DNA from: a virus
Taxonomy: Duplodnaviria > Heunggongvirae > Uroviricota > Caudoviricetes
IMG/VR virus record: IMGVR_UViG_3300037524_001291
Reading direction: 5' to 3' (one strand)
Length of the DNA stretch: 24,813 bases
Translations under genes and position numbers: made by a program
Part shown: in pieces, positions 1 to 8,979 of the stretch
Position numbering within the stretch: the first letter of the stretch is position 1
Layout of the letters: each line of letters begins with the position of its first letter
Notes under the pieces: model-generated
Told to the model about the DNA's origin: nothing
Database searches by the model: none
What the model saw: the letters and a program-made list of their open reading frames with translations, nothing else

Positions 1-351
1 CAGAGTATTGGGTTTTTTAGTTTTGTTATTAAAGAGGATATTAGATGCTCTATCAAGACAAACCATATCACCTACTTTAAGATTTCCTAAACACTCTAAA
101 ACAATACCTTTACTACTTAATACTTTTATTCTGTGTTCTTCAGTACCTTCTAAATCAAAAGAAGGAGAGTTTATTATATAAGTCTGTTCTCCCCCTCCAG
201 AATAGAAATGAGATGCCTTAAAATTATCCATTACAAATATCTCTTCATCACATACAGCAAAACCCTCACTATCAAAGGTATTATTATGTGGTATATCCTC
301 AATCTTAATATACCCAAGAGAAGTATGTACTCTCGTTCCTTTCGTTATGCA
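1..351 (-). mobile_element. Intein (N-terminal splicing region) inserted in Walker A of the clamp loader
   Basis: Directly after GSGK comes CITKGTRVHTSLGYIKIEDI (block A, Cys1 at 349-351), then LEGTEEHRIKV (block B TxxH) and NLKVGDMV. The C-terminal end lies outside the window. Confidence 0.88.
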
Positions 352-495
352 TTTGCCACTACCCCAAGCTCCCTCTAATATTAGGGTTTTGGGTGATGTT
401 TCTGGGTTCTTTAGTATAGCCTTTAACACCTTAATATTCTCTTCCTGTCCTGCCATTTCTCCCCAAGTTTTTGGTCTTAATTGGTCTGTCAACAT
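1..495 (-). CDS. Clamp loader AAA+ ATPase (DnaX/RFC-like), 5' part, intein-interrupted; runs off the left edge
   Basis: Not in the ORF track. Hand translation from ATG 495 (RBS GGGAGTGAG): MLTDQLRPKTWGEMAGQEENIKVLKAILKNPETSPKTLILEGAWGSGK. This has the RPKT..E..GQ clamp-loader N-terminal motif and a Walker A GxxGxGK. The frame is open to position 1. Confidence 0.88.
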   Translation of the reverse strand, partial: MLTDQLRPKTWGEMAGQEENIKVLKAILKNPETSPKTLILEGAWGSGKCITKGTRVHTSLGYIKIEDIPHNNTFDSEGFAVCDEEIFVMDNFKASHFYSGGGEQTYIINSPSFDLEGTEEHRIKVLSSKGIVLECLGNLKVGDMVCLDRASNILFNNKTKKPNTL

Positions 496-546
496 AAAAT
501 AAATCTCACTCCCTTTATAAAAATAGATATCTATAATAATATACGT

Positions 547-582
547 AAAAACCTATCTTTTATTTTCAAAAGATAGGTTTTT
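547..582 (-). terminator. Intrinsic terminator-like hairpin downstream of the 640-aa ORF
   Basis: Inverted repeat AAAAACCTATCTTTT / AAAAGATAGGTTTTT with A/T tails on both sides. Confidence 0.7.
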
Positions 583-623
583 AAAAAGACAAAAATTGAT
601 TGGTATAAAATAATATCTTATTT

Positions 624-2546
624 TTAGGTTCTTTTCAAGCTTTCCACTAAGTAAGAAAGATTTGCTATTTTTTTAAGATTAAAGAACTCGTCTAATTTAA
701 ACTCTTTTACTACATTATCTATAAGTATCCTATCAATTAGGGATAATACTATATAAGGGTCTCCTCCAGCATCCATACCATAGTCTTTTATATCTCTTTT
801 AAATTTTCCAAAACTCATATCAACCTTATCTCTAAACTCATTGACAGCATCATCTGTAGTGTAGGCATCTTCACCTTCTCTAGCTTTAGTGACCTTAATA
901 AGAATTTCCTGTATAGTTCCACCTCTTAAAGGCATGTCAACCACATCAAAAATAGTATCTACAGGGCAATATAACTTTTGAAGATATTTAGCTATTTTAT
1001 TAAGCATCATTTCTTTAGTAGGAGAAGCCTTAGATGTAAGTATTTCTTTTTTAGCTTGAGAAACATCTATATTATTTCCAGAAGCAGAATTTAGATTTTT
1101 CATAATTTCTTTAGTGATATTATTTCTTACATCTTTAACACTATAAAGCTCCACTTCAAATTCTGGAATAGCACTAGATTTAGCTTTAACATTAAAGATA
1201 AGAGGGGCTTTAACTTTAAGAGTACACCCACGAACTAAAGAAGCTTCAAAATTAATATCTTTTTGAGTATTAGGGTCTTGTGTAGTTATGTTATAGACCT
1301 GAGAAACACCATATTCCCCTATACTTTGTTCAAGAGCATAATTTAAAATATCATGACTCTTATGATATTTTTCTATATCTACTACAATATCAAACATTTT
1401 ATCTACTTTAAAAGCATATTTGTCACCTAAAAACTTTAAAAAAACACAATCAGCAATTACATCAGCTATATGTATTTTAAAGTTATTGGGTATCAGATCT
1501 AGTTCCGAAAGTAATAAATCAGCTTGACCTCTTAGAGTATCTTCTACATTAGTTTTAGTATTTATTTCAATGTCTAAGACTCCTTTACCTTTAGGTAGGG
1601 GTAGGTAGCTATTAGCCCAATCCACAGTATATTTTAGTTTTCCACTTTTTTTAATACTCTCTACATCTAATATACAATCAAAGGATTCATTGTATAGAGG
1701 GAAAGAGTAGACAGCCTTGTATACTTTATTAGTTATACTAAATAAATTATCTGCTATGAGATTATAGACAGCTTGTTCAAGATTTCCATTAACATCACTT
1801 TTAGGGAGAATGTAGTTAGTATCCTTAGCTCCAAAAACACCAATTATTTTAAAAGTATAGTTACTAGGAGTTTCATCTATCTTTTCAGCAGTACCTTTGG
1901 CATTAATCAGATAAAAATCTACTATTAAAGGTTTTAAATTTATAGTAGGTACAGTAGGTTTTGGTGGGGCTGTTTGAGAGGGTGTTTGAATCGTTGTAGG
2001 TGCTGTTTGTGTAGAATGTTGAGTAACAATTCCCTGACCTCTAACTTTTATAAGAGCCATAGTTCCATCGGGGTCAGGCTTAGCTTTCATAGCAAAAGCA
2101 GAAGTAGCATATTCTCCATCGAAATCGATCATACATTGATTTATTCTTGTTTTAGCTGTAAAAGTTTGAAAATCTACTTTATCAGGATAGAATTTATAGA
2201 CATTAAGACCATAATTTCTAAATAGGGCTTTCATGTCACCACCATAACTTTTTTTAGCTTCATCTTCAACCTTTTTCATATCAAAGAATACAACACCCTC
2301 ATTAACAAGAGTATGGGCATTTTGATAGTTTATATCTAAGATACCACAGTTCTCATTAAGATATTCATGTATCTTACAAGCACAATGGTCACACAGTTTC
2401 ATGTCAAACACCTTAAAAACAGGTAAAGAGTTCTCAAAGCATGTTGTACAAGATCCTATTTCTGTAGTATTACACTCTTCAAGAGTTCTTATAAGTCTTT
2501 TATTAGCTAAAAACTCCTCTGTAACTTCTTTCATTAAATCATTCAT
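624..2546 (-). CDS. Hypothetical protein, 640 aa, with N-terminal Cys motif (CxxC...CxxC) and Thr/Pro-rich linker
   Basis: Long ORF with RBS GGAGG. Contains CTTC..CDHC and TQTAPTTIQTPSQTAPPKP. No family recognised. Confidence 0.75.
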   Translation of the reverse strand: MNDLMKEVTEEFLANKRLIRTLEECNTTEIGSCTTCFENSLPVFKVFDMKLCDHCACKIHEYLNENCGILDINYQNAHTLVNEGVVFFDMKKVEDEAKKSYGGDMKALFRNYGLNVYKFYPDKVDFQTFTAKTRINQCMIDFDGEYATSAFAMKAKPDPDGTMALIKVRGQGIVTQHSTQTAPTTIQTPSQTAPPKPTVPTINLKPLIVDFYLINAKGTAEKIDETPSNYTFKIIGVFGAKDTNYILPKSDVNGNLEQAVYNLIADNLFSITNKVYKAVYSFPLYNESFDCILDVESIKKSGKLKYTVDWANSYLPLPKGKGVLDIEINTKTNVEDTLRGQADLLLSELDLIPNNFKIHIADVIADCVFLKFLGDKYAFKVDKMFDIVVDIEKYHKSHDILNYALEQSIGEYGVSQVYNITTQDPNTQKDINFEASLVRGCTLKVKAPLIFNVKAKSSAIPEFEVELYSVKDVRNNITKEIMKNLNSASGNNIDVSQAKKEILTSKASPTKEMMLNKIAKYLQKLYCPVDTIFDVVDMPLRGGTIQEILIKVTKAREGEDAYTTDDAVNEFRDKVDMSFGKFKRDIKDYGMDAGGDPYIVLSLIDRILIDNVVKEFKLDEFFNLKKIANLSYLVESLKRT

Positions 2547-2549
2547 AAC

Positions 2550-3257
2550 TCAGCCTCCATTTCTTTTGGATATATAAATAAAATCAGTATATCCTTTTGT
2601 GGGTAATGCTTTATCTACAGTTTTCCAATTATCTATTAATGTATATTTATAACCTCTAGTATCTAAAGCTTTTAATATTTTTTTAAATAGGGTATCCATT
2701 TTAAGGGTATCAGCTGTAGCTCCTCTAAAGTCTATATCTAAAGAATCTGAGGAATTTCGAGGTCTCGGTAACAACTTAGTTAAAGGTAATCCTATAATTT
2801 TATCGGCATCTAGGTTAGACATAAGAGATTTCAGGTCTTCAATAGTTATTTCTCCCTGAGTAAGAGGTAGACCAGGAGTAAGTACTTGAACTTCCCCACG
2901 AGTAAACAGAGTATTAACTTGCTCAGGAGTAAGCATTTGAAAACCCGACATATTAAATTTATTAAAAGTTGATTCTGTTTGTTTACCTGTTATAGCATTA
3001 ATTCTAACATACACATAATGACTATATGTTTTAGTTCCCATAGTATCACTATAAGTATCTCCAGCAACAGTAGTACATCTCCAGAAAGAACCTTTAGGGA
3101 GGTCTTTATAGATTTCTTTTATAATCCTAATAGTATCCCCATGTTTTTTTCCATTAGGTGTAGAGTTATCCTCATTAGGGGGCACTAGTGGTGGTGATTT
3201 TGCTTCTTTAATAAGGTGTAAACCATCTAATATAGGAGAGTGTTTTACATCTTTCAT
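2550..3257 (-). CDS. Hypothetical protein, paralog of 3275-3862; candidate internal head protein
   Basis: RBS AGGAG. Leader PILDGLHLIKE. C-terminal TLFKKILKALDTRGYK resembles TIYKKLKLALERRGIK in the neighbour. Confidence 0.7.
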   Translation of the reverse strand: MKDVKHSPILDGLHLIKEAKSPPLVPPNEDNSTPNGKKHGDTIRIIKEIYKDLPKGSFWRCTTVAGDTYSDTMGTKTYSHYVYVRINAITGKQTESTFNKFNMSGFQMLTPEQVNTLFTRGEVQVLTPGLPLTQGEITIEDLKSLMSNLDADKIIGLPLTKLLPRPRNSSDSLDIDFRGATADTLKMDTLFKKILKALDTRGYKYTLIDNWKTVDKALPTKGYTDFIYISKRNGG

Positions 3258-3274
3258 AATTATACTCCTTTTAA

Positions 3275-3862
3275 TTATATTTGAATTTTATCTATAAAAA
3301 GGTATCTGGTATCTTTAAAATTAGGTATATCATGGACTTTAATACCTCTACGTTCTAGGGCTAGCTTTAATTTTTTGTAGATAGTTTCTCTCTGTACATC
3401 ACCTTCTCCTAAGTAGATCATATAATATCTTCCTGAGGAACTCATAAGTCTAGGTATTGAACCTTTGAAGAGTTTATCTAACCCAAGATTTTTTACTACA
3501 TCTTTAATAGCACTGTAATCTACTTCACCCTTTTTCAGATCTTCTTCGGATTCTATAGGTAAGAGTTTCCCATCATCTACGAAAGATTTTATATTATCTA
3601 AACTAGAAGCCACCCAATTACCCTTGCCTAGAATGGAAGTAGGAGTACCATCTTTTTTTAATCTTGCTAACACAGCATTTTCTTTGGGGTAATTAGGGTC
3701 TTCGGGAACACTGTGTAATATAAGAATATCTCCAGGAATACCAAACTTACTACCAACCAAGACTTTAAATCTATCTCCTTTTTTAGGAGTATAGGTTTCA
3801 TTTATTAGGGTATTATCTCTCCTATTTTGTAATGCTTCTAGAATAACACTATATTTAGACAT
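3275..3862 (-). CDS. Hypothetical protein, paralog of 2550-3257; candidate internal head protein
   Basis: RBS AGGAG. Leader SVILEALQNRRDNTLINE. Confidence 0.7.
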   Translation of the reverse strand: MSKYSVILEALQNRRDNTLINETYTPKKGDRFKVLVGSKFGIPGDILILHSVPEDPNYPKENAVLARLKKDGTPTSILGKGNWVASSLDNIKSFVDDGKLLPIESEEDLKKGEVDYSAIKDVVKNLGLDKLFKGSIPRLMSSSGRYYMIYLGEGDVQRETIYKKLKLALERRGIKVHDIPNFKDTRYLFIDKIQI

Positions 3863-3872
3863 ATACGAACTC

Positions 3873-4733
3873 CTATACTAATATTCGACTTTTTTCGATT
3901 TTTTGTAGTCCTCTCATATCGAATTTCACTCTTATTTCTTCTTTGCTTCTAAGAGGTGTATCATGTGGTATTTCAGGTAGTACGGGTATTAGATTTTTAC
4001 CTGTTTGAGAGATGTAGAATGTTCCATTAATTAGGTTATGAATTTCATCTCCTACTTGAGGTAATATTCTTTGGTATTCTACCTCAAACATATTAGTATT
4101 TCCCATGTAAGGATTGGCTATTTTAGCTCCAGAAGGTATATACATACTTACAGGGTAAGTAATTGTATAATAAGAGTTTGCATCAGCAAGGTTATTGTTA
4201 TCATAGATGCCTTCAGTAACATCTCTTTTAGTTTTTACATCAGTGTTTTTTGCAATAGAAATCATACCCTCTTTTTCCCACTTACTTATATAACTATTTC
4301 CTTGATACCAAGGCTTACCTGCGAGTTCTTTTCCTGTCGTTATATTTACCTGAGTTAACACATAATCTCCACTACCACCATCATAATCAGTAATCTTCCA
4401 GTATGTACCTACTTTAATTCTTTTATAATTTAAATCTTTTTCAATTTTAATAATAGTATTAAGACCATAAGGCACATCATAATTCCCTATTTTTGCTTCA
4501 TTAAGACTCTTTTTTCTTGAATTAAAAAGAGCTTCTACAACTCTTCTTATTTTTACATTTGAGTTTTCTTGAGCATTGGCTATTTTACCACCTGATTGTT
4601 TATATACACCAGTAACAAGAGCCCAGTACTGATCACTTTCTTTATCTATATCTTTATACTGTTTTTCGACAATTTTTTTAGCTTTTTCCCAAAGCTCTTC
4701 ATTTTTCTTTCCTTTAACAAACGTAGCAGGCAT
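3873..4733 (-). CDS. Hypothetical phage protein with a small helical N-terminal module (MP..E.LWEKAK...YWALVTGVYK) and an internal leader-like motif
   Basis: RBS AGGAGATG. Internal RRVVEALFNSRKKSLNE followed by a KVGTYWKI..VNITTGK domain. Confidence 0.7.
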   Translation of the reverse strand: MPATFVKGKKNEELWEKAKKIVEKQYKDIDKESDQYWALVTGVYKQSGGKIANAQENSNVKIRRVVEALFNSRKKSLNEAKIGNYDVPYGLNTIIKIEKDLNYKRIKVGTYWKITDYDGGSGDYVLTQVNITTGKELAGKPWYQGNSYISKWEKEGMISIAKNTDVKTKRDVTEGIYDNNNLADANSYYTITYPVSMYIPSGAKIANPYMGNTNMFEVEYQRILPQVGDEIHNLINGTFYISQTGKNLIPVLPEIPHDTPLRSKEEIRVKFDMRGLQKIEKSRILV

Positions 4734-4759
4734 ATAAATTCATCTCCTTAAAAGTAGTA

Positions 4760-5029
4760 TTATATTAGGACTTTAGTTTTCAATTGGTTTGTTATTTCTG
4801 TAGAAACTTCTTTTAATAGTTTATCTCTGACAGCTTTGTGCACAGAATTGGTTAAAGTATCAATAGCTCTTAGATCATAACTTCCCATTTTCTCATACAT
4901 TTTTGAAACAACAGCCTTTATAAAATTTTTTGTTTCAAGATCAAAGGTCATAATAGCACCCTCATTTATATCTCTCTCTTTTTTTACTACTTTTAGTGTT
5001 TCTATGATACTATTTTTTGTATCTATCAT
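4760..5029 (-). CDS. 89-aa hypothetical protein, tandem paralog of 5050-5319
   Basis: RBS GGAGGG. N-terminus MIDTKNSIIETLKVVKKERDINEG. Confidence 0.75.
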   Translation of the reverse strand: MIDTKNSIIETLKVVKKERDINEGAIMTFDLETKNFIKAVVSKMYEKMGSYDLRAIDTLTNSVHKAVRDKLLKEVSTEITNQLKTKVLI

Positions 5030-5049
5030 AATAACCCTCCTACTTATCC

Positions 5050-5319
5050 TTATTTTAGTCCTTTTTTAAACATATTCATTATTTCGTCTGATACTATTTT
5101 AAAAACATCCTGTCCTACACGTTCATGAAGATAATCACTCCATGTTTCAATCATTTCAGGTGTTTTATCCGTTCCAAACTTAGTAAGGAATTCTTTTACA
5201 AACTCGGTTAGAAACATTTGAATGATGATATCATAATCCTTCATCATTCCTTCATTTATCCCTTTTTCTCTTTTTACTACTTTTAGTGTTTCTATGATAT
5301 CGTTCTTTGTATCTTTCAT
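5050..5319 (-). CDS. 89-aa hypothetical protein, tandem paralog of 4760-5029
   Basis: The ORF track starts at 5340, but RBS GGGAGAGGA favours ATG 5319 (MKDTKNDIIETLKVVKREKGINEG), which gives the same length as its paralog. Confidence 0.75.
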   Translation of the reverse strand: MKDTKNDIIETLKVVKREKGINEGMMKDYDIIIQMFLTEFVKEFLTKFGTDKTPEMIETWSDYLHERVGQDVFKIVSDEIMNMFKKGLK

Positions 5320-5332
5320 AAGAATCCTCTCC

Positions 5333-5941
5333 CTAGTCAAAAATAAGTACTAACTCATTATTAATTTTATAATATGTATCTGTACTACCTAATTCGACAT
5401 TCTTCAAACTTACTAGGGTAAATTTTGTTTTCTTTTTGTTTGTAAATTCTACATACTTGTATGCAAAGCTTTCTGTTTTATATCCCTCTAATTTTCTTCC
5501 AAAGATACCATAAGTATTAATACTTTCTATAAAAGCATCAAAAACTTCTCTAGATACACCTAGGCGTTTAACTACTTCTGGTTCTGTAAGTTCTTTACCT
5601 ACACTCTCTCGAATTAATCTTAGACCCTCTAAAACAGTAAATTTATTCTCATACTCCTTAACTATATCCTTCATTTGAGAATTTATCTTAGATAAATTAA
5701 TCTCATTAGCATAAAAGGAAGCTACATCACCCTGTAATCTCTCTCTAAAAGATTTTAAGGATTTATCCCCACTGTTCATAGTTCTTTTATATACTAGATC
5801 TACCAAATTACGATATTTTTCTAGGGTAGCCTTATCAAATTTATCTAAACTAGTTTTACTTGACTCAGATAGAGTACCATCACATACACTCTCCCTAACC
5901 AACCTCAAGCTTTCTATAATACTACCTATTACTTTTTTCAT
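5333..5941 (-). CDS. Hypothetical protein with two copies of the leader motif; candidate internal head protein
   Basis: RBS AAGGGAG. SIIESLRLVRESV at the N-terminus and TVLEGLRLIRESV internally. Confidence 0.72.
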   Translation of the reverse strand: MKKVIGSIIESLRLVRESVCDGTLSESSKTSLDKFDKATLEKYRNLVDLVYKRTMNSGDKSLKSFRERLQGDVASFYANEINLSKINSQMKDIVKEYENKFTVLEGLRLIRESVGKELTEPEVVKRLGVSREVFDAFIESINTYGIFGRKLEGYKTESFAYKYVEFTNKKKTKFTLVSLKNVELGSTDTYYKINNELVLIFD

Positions 5942-5956
5942 TTTAGTTTCTCCCTT

Positions 5957-6490
5957 CTATACTGACACACTAATTTTTTTATTAGCTATTTTAGCTAACT
6001 GTCCAGCGTATTTCATCATACCTTTTCTAGCAGCTTCTAATTGTTTAACAGAGAGAGTACCTCTCTCACTATACTGTTTAGCAAGACTTGTTAAGAATTT
6101 AGAATCATAACTACTAAACCCAACAGAATTAACCTCTCCTGTTTGCTCTTGTCTTTTTTCTGTATCAGTCTGAAGACTATAAATAACTTTTAGTGCTCTA
6201 TATACAGCCTTATCATTTTTTGATAGTAATTCCTTAATCTCATCCTTAGTCCATACCTTCTGCTCACCCGCTACTTCTTCTAATAGGGTGTAGATAAAGC
6301 TTTCAGGTATAGATACTTGAAGTCCTGAGATAATAGAGGCTTGTCTTGTAATCATAGGTATATTTCTAGTACTTCTTATTTCCTCAATACTAGAACTTCC
6401 AGAGGCTACACCTATTCTTGTTTGGTTAGCCATAAATAGACCTTTTAACATATTCATATTTAATACCTTATTTGCATCAGTACTTCCCAT
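5957..6490 (-). CDS. Conserved phage hypothetical protein
   Basis: RBS GGAGGA. The C-terminal half has the QT..E......N.VGFS.YD.KFLTSLA.Q.....LS.KQL..A.K.M.KY..QL pattern that I recall from phage hypothetical proteins; function unknown. Confidence 0.72.
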   Translation of the reverse strand: MGSTDANKVLNMNMLKGLFMANQTRIGVASGSSSIEEIRSTRNIPMITRQASIISGLQVSIPESFIYTLLEEVAGEQKVWTKDEIKELLSKNDKAVYRALKVIYSLQTDTEKRQEQTGEVNSVGFSSYDSKFLTSLAKQYSERGTLSVKQLEAARKGMMKYAGQLAKIANKKISVSV

Positions 6491-6582
6491 AGAAATTCCT
6501 CCAATAAAAAAGTAGAACCTTTATAACACAGATTCTACTTTATATATATAATCTCTTTTAATACTAACTAAATTAATTTACT

Positions 6583-6960
6583 CTAAGAAAGGTATGCGTT
6601 GATTTCATATCTTCCTGTCTGTTCCATTTTGTACCAACTTAATACTAACATAGAGTCTGAGATAGGTACAAATTCTTGGGTATCATTATCATAGATAACA
6701 AGGTCAAAAGATGTGTGTGATCTGTCTCCTAAAAGCATACCTGACCATTCCTCACCAGACTCATCTACAGGTAGTATATAAGATTCTTTTAGAATATTAA
6801 ATATCTCTTTTAGGGGTATTTTGGGGAAATATCCACTACCGTACTCTTTTTGAAGTCTTGATGTAACAAATTTTCTAATATTTGCAGGGAGTTTTTTAGG
6901 TTTTCCGTCCATATTTATTTTGGCAGTACTTTCTGTAATTGAATTTACCTGTCTTCTCAT
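6583..6960 (-). CDS. Hypothetical protein
   Basis: The ORF track starts at 7029. RBS AGAGAGG supports ATG 6960 (MRRQVNSITES...). Confidence 0.7.
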   Translation of the reverse strand: MRRQVNSITESTAKINMDGKPKKLPANIRKFVTSRLQKEYGSGYFPKIPLKEIFNILKESYILPVDESGEEWSGMLLGDRSHTSFDLVIYDNDTQEFVPISDSMLVLSWYKMEQTGRYEINAYLS

Positions 6961-7032
6961 AAAAATACCTCTCTTACATATAATTTTTAATAATATTTTA
7001 TAGTATTTGTATATAAGAGAGTTATTCATTTA

Positions 7033-8283
7033 CTACTTTAAAATAATTTGATGTTTTATTCTAAAGTACATCCAATTATTTTTCATGTTTATGTCATTCA
7101 TATCCAAAATCTTCTCATTGAACTGTCTTTTGTACTTACTTATCATAGATACCAACTTAGATGTATAAAGCTTGTCTATATCCATCATATAGATATGTAT
7201 ATCTTTAGATTCTACTAAAGATACAAACAAATCTTTGATAGGTTTATCACAATTATTGTAATCATCTTCTCTAGGAGTACCTTTAATCTTAGTTTGAAAG
7301 TAATCATCATTTATCCATACCTTAATCCAATATAATTGATTCTCAGTGAGAGTTTTTCCACTCTCATGCTGAGTTTTAATACTGGCTAACAGAGTACTAC
7401 TAGGGTACTTTTTACATAAATCTCCTAACATACCAACAAGTACTTTATACTGCTCTTCTTTTTGAGCTTGAGTTTGGGTATCAACAGGAGGAGTATTAGT
7501 TTGAGTACTAGTTTGAGTACTAGTTTGAGTATTAGTTTGAGTATTAGTTTGAGTATCAACAGTAGACATTATTTCATTTAGTATTATCTCAAAAGGGTTT
7601 CCATTAGAAACAATTATTGGGTCTACAGAAGGAGTAAGTGTTTGAGTTACAGGAGGAGTTGTTATTGTTTGAGTTACGGTAGGAGTTGTTACTTTTGGTT
7701 TATTAGGTCCTCTAGTTCTTTTAAGTGTATTTCCTACTATAGGTTTTTTGTCTTCATTGTATTTAATAGCTTCATCTATAGAAAGACTTCTTATAAAATC
7801 TTCATCTTCTGGATGTAATCTACTAAAATCCACTTCTTCCCAAAAGGGTTTGAACCATTCGAGATTAAGTTTTTTAATTTCCTGTAGTTTCTCCCATACA
7901 TCCATGTTTGTTTTTCTCCAAAGAAGCATATCATGGAAGTCTTTCATAGTAGTTTCAATTTTAGAAAATTCTTTTATCTGTTCTTTACTTAAGTCAAGCA
8001 TAACAGCAACACAAGTTGACCCTACAACTTTTTCAATACCAGTATCTATTGTAACTAATACATATTCATATCTAATAGGGTGACCACATCCATCAAGAGT
8101 ACATTTATTTGAGATAGATTTATTGGGTTGTAATTTGTTATCTATAAGTGTTTTTATCTTTAGATTATTGTTTTCATAAGCTTTTAGTAGTTGTAAAGCC
8201 TCAGCGTACTTGATTCTTCTTGATGCTCTTCTTCTCAATGCTCTTCTTTTTCTTAGAATTGATATTATACTATTTGTTCTCAT
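7033..8283 (-). CDS. Hypothetical protein with a putative Zn-binding module (CTLDGCGHPIRYEY...VGSTCV) and a Thr/Gln-rich repeat linker
   Basis: The ORF track starts at 8292. RBS GAGGATGAT favours ATG 8283. Preceded by a consensus sigma-A promoter, so probably an early gene. Confidence 0.75.
   Translation of the reverse strand: MRTNSIISILRKRRALRRRASRRIKYAEALQLLKAYENNNLKIKTLIDNKLQPNKSISNKCTLDGCGHPIRYEYVLVTIDTGIEKVVGSTCVAVMLDLSKEQIKEFSKIETTMKDFHDMLLWRKTNMDVWEKLQEIKKLNLEWFKPFWEEVDFSRLHPEDEDFIRSLSIDEAIKYNEDKKPIVGNTLKRTRGPNKPKVTTPTVTQTITTPPVTQTLTPSVDPIIVSNGNPFEIILNEIMSTVDTQTNTQTNTQTSTQTSTQTNTPPVDTQTQAQKEEQYKVLVGMLGDLCKKYPSSTLLASIKTQHESGKTLTENQLYWIKVWINDDYFQTKIKGTPREDDYNNCDKPIKDLFVSLVESKDIHIYMMDIDKLYTSKLVSMISKYKRQFNEKILDMNDINMKNNWMYFRIKHQIILK
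7491..7556. repeat. 12-bp tandem repeat GAGTA(T/C)TAGTTT x5.5, encoding TQTN/TQTS
   Basis: Units start at 7491, 7503, 7515, 7527 and 7539, with a partial unit at 7551. Confidence 0.9.
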
Positions 8284-8334
8284 ATAAATCATCCTCCTCT
8301 AAATTAAAAAACACCCATATTTACCCCACAGTTT

Positions 8335-8364
8335 AATTATACCATAGGTTAATATGAATGTCAA
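8335..8364 (-). promoter_or_regulatory. Sigma-A/70 consensus promoter (TTGACA-17-TATAAT, extended TG)
   Basis: Minus strand reads TTGACA ttcatattaacctatgg TATAAT. Confidence 0.85.
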
Positions 8365-8400
8365 TAGCAGTAAATCTAAATAATGAGATAGCAATACTAT

Positions 8401-8922
8401 TTAGTTTAGAAGAATTAGTTTTCCATTAATAGATGCGTTAAGGTATCTAGAGAAAGGAAAAGATTTTTTATTTAGTATTAGGGTATTTTTTATCTTAGAA
8501 AAAGAGTAGATATCTCCTACAGTATATCTTTTTACAGTAGAGGTTGTTGTATCAAAAAGAGCTTCAATAGTGTGTTTAGAAAATAGGAATCTAAAGAGAA
8601 TCATATGGGTATCTGATTTATTAGTGCTTTTAAAGTCAGGTCTTATAAAGAGTTTTAAATCAGATACTTTATATTCTAGTGTAGGTGATTCAAATCCTAT
8701 TATTTTTATATCCTTGATAGGTACGCCTATAAGGACTATATTTGAAGATTCTTCTATAAAATCTAACTCTACCCCATTCAAGCTTAGTCTAAACGATACT
8801 TTAGGGTCATTTGAGTCTATTACAGGTAGAATTTGGTCTGATACAAAGACTTCTTTATTAGAATTATAAATCTCTTTTCTTATTAATGATAAGTATGACA
8901 TATTCTGAGCTAAAATTCCCAT
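8401..8922 (-). CDS. Hypothetical protein
   Basis: 173-aa ORF with RBS AAGGAGTGAG. Confidence 0.65.
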   Translation of the reverse strand: MGILAQNMSYLSLIRKEIYNSNKEVFVSDQILPVIDSNDPKVSFRLSLNGVELDFIEESSNIVLIGVPIKDIKIIGFESPTLEYKVSDLKLFIRPDFKSTNKSDTHMILFRFLFSKHTIEALFDTTTSTVKRYTVGDIYSFSKIKNTLILNKKSFPFSRYLNASINGKLILLN

Positions 8923-8979
8923 GAAAACTCACTCCTTCTAAAAAATTAATATATGAGTATATATAAGTTAGTAGTATTT

